Assembly (NCBI GenBank): GCA_000934665.2
Contig: KZ538224.1
Coordinates: 124,001-188,000, forward strand
Length of the DNA: 64,000 nt
Reading direction: 5' to 3'
Source: Catajapyx aquilonaris
Taxonomy: Eukaryota
Shown: positions 50,813-62,671 of the stretch, one piece after another
Numbering within the stretch: the first letter of the stretch is position 1
Layout: each line of letters opens with the position of its first letter
Notes under the pieces: generated by a model
Told to the model about the DNA's origin: nothing
Databases searched by the model: none
What the model saw: only the letters and a program-made list of their open reading frames with translations
Program-made: the position numbers and the translations under genes

Positions 50813-52217
50813 AAAGTTCCCAATGTTGCACTTCCCAAGTTCTTCAGTTCAGTCTCAGGGAAGAAGCCGCGACATTTCTCAATGCACTTGTTTAACGTCC
50901 TTGGCACACAAAAGGAGAAAGTTTTCGCAAACTTTCTTTCTCTCTCTCTCTCCGAGAGGTTCTTGAGAAATGAGAGCCCTCTCATTTTTTCCTTCTTGAA
51001 TTATGCCGCGCAGCCCCCGTGAGCTGATGGCGTGTGCTGCGGTTGTAGGTATTATCAAATGAAATAGCTCGTCCGTCACACAAGTGGCGTGAAGCAAAAT
51101 TTTTTCATCAGTGTTAAAAGCTTTGAAAGCTGATTTTTTCTCTCTTCTAACCCTCCCTCTCCCTCTCTCTCTCTCTCTCTTTTTGGAGTTGTTGTTATCT
51201 GCAGACCTCCAGGGAGAGGAAATGGGTCATTATGGCAGGTTCATAATGGGGTGGATGTGTACCGCCTTCAGAGGACACCCGAAGATAAAATGAAAAGAGA
51301 CTCTTTTATAGAATGATAAGTGGCTCTGGGGGTACGCCACGAGCTGCGGACTCATATCCTATAATTATGGAAGCTGGAATTGAGTAAATTTTGCAAAAAT
51401 CAGTGTATAGGCCTACTGTATAGAAAAATATATTACCGTCATTACATTACTGATTTATCTCACTTTTGATGTAAGACTAAAAACAAAATGCAAGCTATGG
51501 CAGTGTTGGTGCAGGCGAAATTGGGCCAAACACGGCCCCGCATACCGTCAGGTTTATCGCGCCCGTTAATTAATTTAACTGATTCATGACGCCGTTTTAT
51601 TAGCAAATACCTGGCTTGCCTTTCTCTATACTCTCAGGTTCTTCCCCCATCACGCTGATTTTCAATAACCCTGTCAGCATGCAAATTTTCTGAACGGCGC
51701 GTAAAGTTTGCAAGGTGGAAATTGTGTGCCAGGAGGTAATTTGCGGTAGTTACACTCCCGGAGTAACTGTTTCACTTCAAGTACATCCCGGGCAGATCGA
51801 TACGCATAACACTGGAATGAGAGGCGTGGCAAATCACGCAAAGTCTTGTGTCGTGTCAACTATATAAAAAAAAAGAAGAGAGAGGACCGTATATTTTGTC
51901 ACCAGAGCCCATGGATCCGGGGGACTATTTTATGGTGCCCGAGTGGTTATGCGGGGGACTGTTTTTAATTAGAAATTTATTAATGGGCGTGGACTGGGGG
52001 GCGGGACACTAATGTCCGTTTATGGGAAAGGAGGTGTGCTTCTGGGCCCCTGTGGACATGACCTAGGCCAAAAGGTCCATTAAAGGAATATTGGGGAGAA
52101 AAATAATAAATTATTATGCACTCGCATTGTTGGAAGCTGATATTATACTAAGGTTGGATTAAATTTAGATAGTTGAAGCATTCTCGCACATCTTTCTCTT
52201 AATAGGCTTCTTCTCTC

Positions 52218-52404
52218 CGTCGGATGTTTGTCCGACCAGATAGTAACGCTATCTCTCGCACAACCTGAGAGTGGCAGGAGTGTGTAGCGCCATATATGCG
52301 GGAAGAATAGTATTTCGCGGTAAATCGGCTGGCAATCTCAGTTGTTTGATTGTCACTGCAGGTCTACATAGGTTTTTGCCTAATTTTGACAACGGGTTCA
52401 CTAG
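52218..52404 (+). mobile_element. family H copy (3' end intact)
   Basis: Core CCTGAGAGTGGCAG; ends TTGCC-TAATT-TTGACAACGGGTTCA-CTAG|T. Confidence 0.72.
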
Positions 52405-53615
52405 TAAGCTGCTAAATTCCCAATGTCTGTAACGGCTACCGTTAGCTAATAACAATATATCAGTTTTAATAACGCAGCCTGCCCACTTTCACGCATAATG
52501 ACCATAAACGCCCCTCTCTTTTCAAGTAGAACAATCCTCCCAAATGGTTCATGCGTGGTCATGCGATGCTTTCATGTACATGTATATACACTCCCCTGAA
52601 CCTTTAACGCCCGGCAACAATATATATTATTTTTCCCCCGTCTCGTGTGATGCGGTGACAGCACGTGTAAACCACCCCCCTTCACAAATATTATCTTTTC
52701 CAATAATTCCTAGACCCCCCTCCTACTATTCACCTTTCGATCGGAGGGTGAATCATGTGAATTATCGTAGTGGGTGGTTTGAAGGGCGGAGGGAAAAAAA
52801 TCCTCCCAACCCGAGTGTGCTACCCAACATAGATTTTAATACAGGTTTTCGGAGCGACATTCACGAGTTGATCCCTGGGTGATGGAGTAAGCGGCAGGTT
52901 TGACTAGGTGGGTCTTTCCTTTTGCTCCCACAGGAACAATGACTGGCTGGGGGAGACCAGGGAATGAGGGAGAGGGAAGGGCCCCTTGTTCCCGAGGGAT
53001 GGACCCTGGCATTAGGAGGATCAACCCACCCCCTGCCTCAGTTTTTTGGCAATTTCTTTTTCCCCATGCTGTGGCAGAAGAGCTGGATTTGTCGCTCGCA
53101 CACGGGGCACCTGAGCCAGCCAATTGAAAAACAAGGGATGGAAAGGGGGGAGATCACTAAAGGACTTGGGACTATTTCCATAAAACACTTTTTATGGGCT
53201 GACACGTGTTTGGAGGGAGGGAAACACTCGTGTGCTATTTCTTTTTAGAATGTGCAGGGATGATGACTGTTTCAAGGGGGTTGCAGTCAGCTAAAATGTT
53301 TCTAGTCCATTTTGTGAATATAATTTTTTGCTAGTTGTTCCTCCCACACACCAGAGGCGCTGCTTCCTTCCATTGCGCAGGAGTAGAACGGGGGCCAATG
53401 GTAAACGTCGAGATAACAATATACGGAGGACCAACCAGAAGGCTCGGTCATACACAACGAAGCATTTTAATACTATATAATACTACCCACAGCCTAACAT
53501 CTAAAACAATAGGCTAATTATCTAAATATTGCGACCTCTGTGTGGTTAAGCAATACACTCTAGGGTTTCAACTTTCAAGAGAGGATTTCCTATAGACCGC
53601 ACTGTACCCACCATA

Positions 53616-53661
53616 CTGATTGGTGGATCAGAGGGCGGGTGGCCTCTGCTCCACCAATCAG
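53616..53661. repeat. 19-bp stem hairpin (18/19 paired, 8-nt loop)
   Basis: CTGATTGGTGGATCAGAGG-GCGGGTGG-CCTCTGCTCCACCAATCAG. Confidence 0.85.
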
Positions 53662-54751
53662 ATCGCTTAGGGTGTCTGGAGGGGCAGAGGTATCCGCCTA
53701 CTAATTCTGTGGGTACTTCAGATAATAATAAAATTGCAGCACAAGTATAATTCACAGGTTGCTGGCATCTACTGAATGTTGTCCGGAAAATTTCCAACCT
53801 TTTTGCAGTGATGTATTTGTAACTGTATGAGTTGTTGGCCCGTGACATGACAAAGGAATATTAATTGAACCAACCTGGCCTGAAAACGAAGCGGTGTGAA
53901 ACTAATTAGTCGGCAATAACGCCTCCCTTAATTATCCGGGCGGCGTTTTTTAATATAAAAAAACCCGCTTCCCCCGGATATTCCGGGTTTTCATGCACAA
54001 CTATCGCTCGAGAGCCTCATTGTCTGGTTTAGTTTAGCATTCCGCCAATTTAGGAAACTGTTAGTGAGTTGGGATTAAATTGCTGTTATAATATTAGTCT
54101 GGCAGGTGGTAGCAATAATGTCAACTTTGGGCTCCCCGTGTTTCAACATCGCCCGGATAAGCCCACTTGGGCCCCGAGAAAAGCGGCAACAATAATATTG
54201 CAGACAAAGGAAAAGCCGATAAATCGTGATGGACGTTTAATCCAAGTTGCCTCGGCTTCATGAGCCGCTTGCAAACAGTTTCAAATAACAATAATATGTC
54301 GGGAGAGGCGTCCTCTCAGAGCTCCGGATAATTAATTCCGGCAGATATATACCGCCAGGCTCTTATTAAAACGATTCAAACTTTGCCCACTGCGGTAAGC
54401 ACCCCCCGGATTCAACCGGATATTCCGAGGAAACTAAGTCGTTCTCTCTAAAAAAAAATAATTATGCGTGGACTGGTCATACTCTCATGTGATCCGACGA
54501 GCAAAAAAATGTGCTGGAAACGGCATATTTGCAGGTGAAATTAAATCTGGCGCTGATTGTAATCATTTTTTTTTTGCAATTTCAAAATCCAAGCTCGAAT
54601 ATTGAAACATTCTTTCTCAGTTTGGTCATAGAAGAGTCACAGTGTAATCAATTTTTATTCTCTTTAATTCATAAAGGGCCTTCAAAATTGAGGTAATTAA
54701 AAATGGTATGACTGATATTCAATCTACATTACTATTTTAAATTATTATTTA

Positions 54752-54895
54752 CTAGCAGTGGAGCCCGTTCTTCTCACTGCCTGTTTCCATGGTAATGTAT
54801 AGGCTATTCAACAACATTCATTGTTTTTTTTTAAATCCATGGCAACCAGATGCCATGGAAATCCGTTACCATGGAACAAACAAACTTCGCCGTTT
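54752..54895 (-). mobile_element. family E Helitron-like copy
   Basis: Minus-strand 3' end CGGGCTCCACTGCTAG|T; shares GCAG.GGAGCCCG, CTGTTTCCATGGT and AACAAACAA with the 37096 copy. Confidence 0.55.
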
Positions 54896-54978
54896 ATAGC
54901 AGGGTGTTCCAAGTTCGTGGGTCACTTCTTGATATCAGTTATCAAGAAGTGACCCACGACCTTGGACCACCCTACTAT
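54896..54978. repeat. palindrome (39-bp arms, 5-nt loop), Tc1/mariner-like MITE remnant
   Basis: ATAGCAGGGTGTTCCAAGTTCGTGGGTCACTTCTTGATA-TCAGT-TATCAAGAAGTGACCCACGACCTTGGACCACCCTACTAT; CAGGGTG termini are typical of mariner-type MITEs. Confidence 0.85.
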
Positions 54979-57900
54979 TAGCCGGTAGGCCCTTTACAGA
55001 TTCCATTATTTCCATTTATTGTTATTATTTAATTTAAAATTACATTTTTAAAACATCAACAGAGATGGAGTAGATCCGGATGCCATTAACGACATGTTGC
55101 GACAGTGAAACAAATCCCCTTGTAAAATCCGGTTCGTCTCCGGGTGTATCAGCATGCATTACGCGCTTGTCTCTCCGGGCAAAAAGATGTGTCTTACTCT
55201 CAGGAATACTGCCATACCCACCTGGAACCCCCCAAGCCCCTTCTACTTCACCCATGGGACCCGGATTATACGGGGGAAGGGTCGAGAGGAGTATGAGGGG
55301 GGGGGGGGGGGAGAAGAGACAAAGGTNGGGGGGGGGGGTCGTTTGGAGGGAGAGAAAGAGGGAGGAGGAGAAGGGGAGGAAATTCGCTCGAATTAGACCC
55401 AAGCGTGTATTTGAGACGGACAAGGCCCTGCAAACTTGGCAACCCCTTCTGCTTGTCATGTAACTTCTACAGGGTGGTCCAACTCTCACGAAAATTAAGA
55501 GCACAAAGCTATTACAAGCAACAGCTAAAATTCTCGTAATTTCTGCAAGCAAATTTATGATATTAAAATCCTTACCAAGGTCGCGTTGTACGACCGAGGC
55601 GTCTGAATGGCTCCCGTTCTGCGCGTGCGCAATGGGATAAGGAACTATTCATTCGCGTGCTGGAGGGCGGCAGGTAAACATCTCGAGAACGAAGTAGTGT
55701 TCTTTTATTATCGGGCCACCCTGTAATTCGTATGGGAAAGCGGGTTTAATGGCTGGAAAACGACACCTCTCTGTGAATGAGAAGGATGGGTTTGGAAGTA
55801 CTGTAATGATCTCCCTGTCCTTTATCGGGTCGGAATAAGTGCCCTTGTATGTCGCAGCCAAATTATCGTTGCCTTGTTTGGGATGAACCTAGGGGGATGA
55901 TGCTCTTAATACACACACACACACAGACACAGACAGAGAGTAGAGTATCCTTGGAGACCGAGGCATCGATCTGAAAATGGGGTTTGGGATAGTTTCGAGG
56001 GTTAGAAGGGGATTAGTAAAAGCTGGAACTCCCTCTTGTTGCTTGCTCTACCCCCTTTTTGTTGGACTCCAACAAAAAGGGGGTAGAGCAAGCAAGATAT
56101 AGGATTGTTAGAACGCCCAAGCTGTGAAATCGCCGCTGTAAAATTTTCAGTTACAAACTTTTCAGCATCATTGACCTGGACGTCAAGAGCTAACATTACA
56201 GGTCAAGACTCCACTGTTAAAAAAAAACCCTGTCCGAATATATAACCCTCCCTTGCATTTCACGGGTTAGTAAATAAAGAGAATCATCCAGAGACCTCTT
56301 CACCCAGACACACCTGAAGAATTCCGGAGCCCCGGAATCTGGAGGGGAGAAACGCCCAGAACTTTTCCTGGCATGTGGACTTTTGAGACAATTTGCAACT
56401 CTTGGAGTGAGAGAAAAAAAAACGGAAGGAAAAGAGAGAAGCGAGGGTTTTACCTAAAAAAAAGAGGAGGAGGAAGAAGAAGAAGAAGAAGGAAAGAGTG
56501 GTGTGTCTGGTGCGGAGGAACCTTCCCATGAGACTGTTCCCCTGTGCGGTCTACTGACCCCTCCCAGGATAAAGGTTGAGGATCGTGCTTTATTGGGTCG
56601 TATTTCGCTGCCAAATTGAGAGCGATGGGGAGTTTTATTCACGTCCAAAGTGTGTGTGTGGGTCACCAAAGCAGCGGAGAAAGAAAGAAAAAAATATACA
56701 AGGAAACGCCAGAGTATGTCTTGCAAAATCCCAGGACTTGTTGATGATGAAAAACGTGCCGGGGCTTTTCTGGTGGCGTGAACCCATGCTATGTATACGG
56801 TCGCATTAAAGTTTAAAAATGGGTTTTGCATTATAAGAGGAGAGAGAGGCACCTGCAGGTTTGGAATCTGCGGGAGTGAATTATGTAAAATCCCCACATG
56901 CAAAAGTGAGGAAGTGCTATTTATGGGAGCGTAGCCCAACATCATGGTTTGTGCAAATGTTCCATGTTGGTTGTCACTTGATTAAAAATTGGTTCAGCCA
57001 GTGCGATATTTATGCCAGTTGGGCATATGATAATCTCTAAAAGTAGACAGCATGTTTCTTATGCTATGTGCGTCATGTGAATAATTTTTTTCTCTGGTAG
57101 ATTGCAAACTTCAGGTAACATGCGCACAACTTTTTTTTTATATACGTACATAGTGGTGTCGTCTAGTTTGTAGCAGTCAGCTTACTTTGTCTCTTGGGAG
57201 GATAACATGTCGGCGGAATTTCATTAACGAGGCAGAGCTTCTACACTTTGCTTCCAATGACAGTTTATGCCTGCAGCTCATCGTTGGCTCCCGAACCCCT
57301 TTTGTGGTCGCGTGTAAAACGAAAAGGGGGGGTCTGCAGTCGTGCTGTTGGAATGCAGAGTTTCTGGCTTACGTGACTACATCTCAGTAGTAAACAAGTT
57401 TCTGGGAAGGGGGGAATACAGGATTTTTATTAGCAGACTATCGAACTGTACGAACGGACATAAATCTTTCCGGAGGGTTTTTTTATAGTACACTGTTATA
57501 TCCGTTCTGAGTTTCCCTCCTTCAAAAAAGGTGCACGTAAATTGCGATTAAAATCCTGGCTGTTTTTGGGGAGGTTTTTTTTCCCCCTTCCGAGCTTCCC
57601 GCAAGCTGTTAATGGCTCACGACAAACCTGTATGAATAGCCTCGGTGTATAGATCAATTTCTCCTCTTTTTTTTTACTTCCCTCTTTTTGTGGGGAGAGG
57701 TTATAGGTGGTGGGGGGAAGGTTGGGCCATCATTATCTCCCCATGGAGAAAATGAATCATCGAGGGGACCCTCTCCATGCACGAAACCAGAAGTTGGAGA
57801 GGGGTCGAGAAAAGGTATGAATAGGATGAGGGGAAAGCACTTCCGGATAAAAACGCTTCCATTTTTTACATACCCTATACGTATTTCTAACAATGGTTAA

Positions 57901-60204
57901 TTTGGCGAGTCGGTTGAATATTTTAGTTTCATTTCATTTTAAGTGTATCAATAGAAGTCGCATGAATCTATACTAGATGGACAGTAGAGCACGGTAGTGA
58001 CCATCATAATTATATTTTTTTGGAAGGTTGGTGCGATTATTCCATCCCAGCAAATAGTGTACGTTGGATTGGCATTTTGGCGGCTTATTAAAAAATTTCC
58101 TCCCTGATTGATTGGCAGAGCTTATCGGCCTTGCGGAGACGTATTGTAGCCACGTCAGTTACGGCTCAGTCTACGTCCACACATGGGCCCAGCTATGTTT
58201 CCATTCTCGGACTATAAAAAGTGTATAACAAAAAAAAAACTTTTATGGACCGAATTTTTGAGGTCGGGCAGGAAATTCTCTCTTTGTGAACCGAAAGCGT
58301 TCCATTTGCGGTCTAGTTGCGACTGCAGGCAGACCGGCAGCAAGTACACCAAAAACTGGGTTGCTGTCGTCTGGTTTCTGTTCATACAAAGGATCAGTGA
58401 CAGGTTTCTGAAACTCCATTTCTTGTGTCTCTCCGCAATGCGAGGCAGTGCAAGGCCATAAAGGGCCTCATATTATTTTCAGCTCCTGCAATATGACTAG
58501 TGATATTTTGTACAAGGTTCCACTTCAGATAGGATTACAAATGGGATTATGCATGTGCCACACGAGATGTCCAATTTTCTAGAGAGAGCCGGAATTGTTA
58601 AAATATTACATCAGTGTGGATTTATTAGGCAGGTTACACTGAACAGGCACAAATGATTTATGGGGCCGAACGTTACTACAGAGTGCCAATGCTTTTGAAG
58701 TAAGACGTCCTTTGCTGTTACAACAATCTGCTGTGTCGTACAAAATCAGCGCCGTAAAAACAAGCGCGTGCACGTGTTGCAGATTTCAAGTCCGCACGTG
58801 GGTAGCATTAACCTCGGGATATGCGCGTCGCATTTTGTGCCCCGGAGAGCCTCTTGCTTTTCCACCGCATGTTTCAAAGTTGGAAACCGAATAGAAATCG
58901 GAGCAGAGAAGTAAGCCATGCGTCTATAGGACTTTTTTCTCTTTTCCCCAACCAGACACGATTCGGTACTTACGAAGGCCTGGGTGTGCGGCAGAGTGAA
59001 GTGGCGAACGAAGAGCAAAGTTGCGCTCTCTTCACCAAGAAGTCCTACCCCCTTTCGGTTGCTTCAAACGACACCTAAGGTCAAAAACTGAAGAAGCACA
59101 AAAAAAGTTGGAGAATTGCAATTATTGAGTTTTTAGAGATGAACACGTACCAACCGGAGAAGGAATGAAAAAAAAGGGGGAAGTCTTTGTCTCGGTATAT
59201 TCATTTCGCTTCTTGGTCGGCTTAAGGGCCGGCAGGCAAACTTGGGAATTAAAATTATCGGGTCTCCTTTTTTTGAAAAAAAAAACGGGAAATAAGAGAG
59301 ACGACTCCTACATTCGTCAAAAGAACTGAAAAAATGGGTTTCTTGGCAACGGGAAAGTATATTAATCGCTCTACTTTTTTTGAAATGGAGGGTATATTAT
59401 ACCCACCTTGGAGGGGGGATATTCCACTTGTTTGATGAGATGGAAATAAAAGGAGCCAGGTATATAAAAAAACCCAACTGAATGAAACGAGTCCACATTT
59501 TGTACCGGAGTTTTTCTCTCTCCGGAATAATTTTTAGGCATACCCAGGCGATCTCGCGGGAAACGTCCTTCGCCGTGTGATTTAGATTAAATTAAAATGA
59601 CAAAGACCGGATTTTGCACGGATCCGTGTCAACGTCCTGGTTTTTTGGGTCGTTGGATCTGTCATTATTCATTAAACTGAATAGAGAATATAAATTGCTT
59701 TAAACGCAGTTTTGCTCAAGTTTGGCGAAATCCTCACACAAAAATAATTTAAATCTTTATGCGAATAAATAAATTTTACTTCACGCCTTTTCCACGTGTG
59801 TAACATGAAATATGCCACATGTACGAGGACAATTATGGAACCGACGTCATCACATTTAATTGTTAATTGCACTGTTGACATTTGTGAAAGTCATTGCCGC
59901 CATCGTGTCCTATGTTTAGAAACCACTGCTATATACGTAGGCATTTATGAACACCTGATATTTGTAAATAGTACTTGTAGCCTACTAAGTAAGTGATAAT
60001 ATGGACGTTTCTATTTTTGGTGCTCGTAATATATTTTTTCTGAACCAATTAAATTTTCAGACCCAGCTTTTGTCTCCCAGTGCACACTACTGGATGTATG
60101 GAAGCTTGAATGTTTAATTTACACCCTGATGACGTCCAAATGCGAATATTTAGTCCGGCTCCCAATGGTAAGTTGCCAAAATCACGTGCCAAATCCCCCC
60201 CCCC

Positions 60205-60295
60205 NNNNNNNNNNNNNNNNNNNNNNNNNNNNNNNNNNNNNNNNNNNNNNNNNNNNNNNNNNNNNNNNNNNNNNNNNNNNNNNNNNNNNNNNNNN
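60205..60295. other. assembly gap (91 N)
   Basis: N run flanked by poly-C on the left and poly-G on the right. Confidence 0.98.
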
Positions 60296-61407
60296 GGGAG
60301 GGGGGGGGGGCTGAGGCGGGGGTGGGTTAGAATTACAGATGTCAGGACAAGAAGCTTGGGAAGCATCAGGGGTTAACAAAGCGGAAAAGCGAATTAATTT
60401 CCATTCTGTCCGCTGGGGAAAAAGGGACAGCTCAAGAGTGTTGCCGCCTTTAATTTAGATCGAGCTGTTTTGCACATTTCTTAATTAACGTCGACCACAA
60501 CCCGCGAATTCCATCTGGAAAAGACGTGGAAAGATTTCAGGATTTTGTGTGTGCTTTTACGAAAAGGAGCCATCAGCGGTGGAATTTCGCCAATTTTTGT
60601 TTGCAGCTACATTTTCATACAGGTCCTGCCAGCTTCTGTACATATCTTAACCAATCTCCTGATCGGTGACAATAAATCGGCAATGTTCGAGTGACTAGAG
60701 TCCCTCCCCAGAAAACTAGTAGTTTCCCAGCTCTTCCTAGATACCTTCCGAATCAAAAGGCGGCAAAATTGGTTTTTGGCTTCGTAATGGAATTCAAAGG
60801 GTTCACTCAGCTGCGATATCCGCCTTTATAATGCTATCGAATTCATCAAACTTTCTGGAGTGGGGATGTCGCAATTTCGCTTTCCACTTGGAGGGGGGAA
60901 GGCGGGGGGAGTGGGGGGGGGAGGAAGGGGGAGTGGGGAGGGTTTCTTATCGACAACGGAAAGCGGTAGACAGGAAATCTTGTCGCTTTGCGAGGCTTTT
61001 CAGACATTGTAGATGTCGCACACGCCCATTTACATTGTCGGAGGGGATTCCGGATGGAAAACCGGTTTAACAGGCCCTATTGCAGATCAGAAATTCTTCC
61101 GTCATGGTTAGGCTAATAATATTATCTGATGGCAACAATTTTTAGTATTTACAAGGTTCGCTGAGGCAGAAATACAATCCTGTGTACTCTTTGCCATTTT
61201 AAAAATCTCCATTAAAAATTATAATTCACGAGATCGGTTCACAATGCAATTGTTCAAAACGGCATGCCCCCAAATTATTCAACTCAATGCGTTTAGAACA
61301 TTAGGCCATAAACCAGGGTTTGCCCTCTGTAGAAACGTCAAACATTTGCTAAAATGCAGCTGATTGAACAGTTATCCTTCATCATAGTGTACATTTATAA
61401 CCCTGCT

Positions 61408-61573
61408 ATGTCTCTCTTTCCATTTGTTTGTACGAGCGGATAGTACCACTACCCCCGCAATGACCCTGAGAGTGGCAGCAGTGAGCAGAGATTAAGAAGG
61501 ATTCCCCATCTATTAGAGAAGCGTGGTACTTCGTGGACAGTAGGGGGCCAGGTTTTGGCAAGGGGTTCACTAG
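61408..61573 (+). mobile_element. family H copy (3' end intact)
   Basis: GATAGTACCACTAC...GACCCTGAGAGTGGCAGCAGTG...CCATCTAT...GCCAGGTTTTGGCAAGGGGTTCA-CTAG|T. Confidence 0.75.
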
Positions 61574-62109
61574 TGTTATTTAGTTTTAAAAAGTTTCATT
61601 TATGAGAAAGCAAGTACGGGTCAGTACCCTTGTTATTAATTGTTGTCAACATTGAGCTAACAATGAGTAAGAAGAACCGTAATCTTGCGTTGGTATACAA
61701 CCGACCTCTTGAGAACGGCTAGGCCTTCATAACATGAGACCCTTCACTTTTGCCTCCTTTTCTAGGCGTGTATCTGCTGATAGGATAGGGATGTATCCGC
61801 TGGGAAGGCAGGTCAGGTCACGTGGTAGGTTGGTGCAGCGTGCCCGTACCCCTGTCACATTCGGTCCCCCATTGCTAAAGTTCTTTCCTTGAGAACAGTA
61901 TGCCGTTTGATTTCGTACAATTGCGATGGAAATACCCATTGATGTTGTTAAAGCGCCGTACGGAATCGCGTGTGTTCATCCCAAAGTACACTCAGAAGTT
62001 CATTATTTCTGAGTGTAAGTGACGGGTGGATGAAAGAGCAGCACCTATTTACTAAGCCCCGTCGACTGGTATAGTGGTGGGTGAGGGTGGGTCGTGCCCA
62101 AGAAAACGA

Positions 62110-62177
62110 GCGCGAATATAAACGCAAATAAAAGCCAGTCGATTTATAAACGAGCAATGCTTTTTCGAAGCTTAGAA

Positions 62178-62208
<31 letters not shown>

Positions 62209-62215
62209 GAAGCGA
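62110..62215. promoter_or_regulatory. possible promoter/regulatory patch: (GA)n tract with adjacent TATA-like motifs
   Basis: About 35-nt GAGA repeat at about 62175-62210 next to TTTATAAA and AATATAAA; motif-level evidence only. Confidence 0.25.
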
Positions 62216-62671
62216 AAAGCGTTGGCGAAGGAAGCCGTAGAACCGTCTTTTGAAGTCAGACGTCGAATAACATTTGATAAAGCGACGGCTCACTTGCCTT
62301 CCACTCCCGGAAGGAGCTCCAAATAATGGAGAGACGCAGTTCCTTAGGACGGAAGTCTGGAAAAGGCATTGTTCCCCGCCATTTCCACGCCCACGACCGA
62401 TTCGCTCTTTTTTTCCTATCTTATTTTCGAGGGGGGCTAGATAGTGGGCCAAAACCATTCTCTTGCCCCCCTCTTTTCGTAAAACCTGCACCACCCCCTC
62501 CTTTTGTTTAATTTTTCAGGACGGGGGTCAAAAGGAGCTTCTTACTCCTTTCACTCCATCTTGACACGACTTGGGTCCGTTACACCCGATACCAAACGCA
62601 GCTGGGACAATAATTCAAAGCGAACCTTAAGACAAATGAGAGAAGGCATCGTCAGTGGTAAATAAATAAAG

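Noticed and set aside
51122..51135. TTTGAAAGCTGATT match to the 3' part of bantam miRNA
   Set aside because: The seed (GAGATCA) is absent and no matching hairpin was seen.
4080..57114. Other small splice-like pairs (4080-4104 minus, 19045-19083 minus, 35686-35734 plus, 57101-57114 plus)
   Set aside because: Weaker pyrimidine tracts or donors; not distinguishable from chance by eye.
64..62511. About 200 short ORFs in the supplied track
   Set aside because: Low-complexity or repeat-derived translations, often from non-ATG starts, with no recognisable domains and no consistent exon chains; expected by chance.
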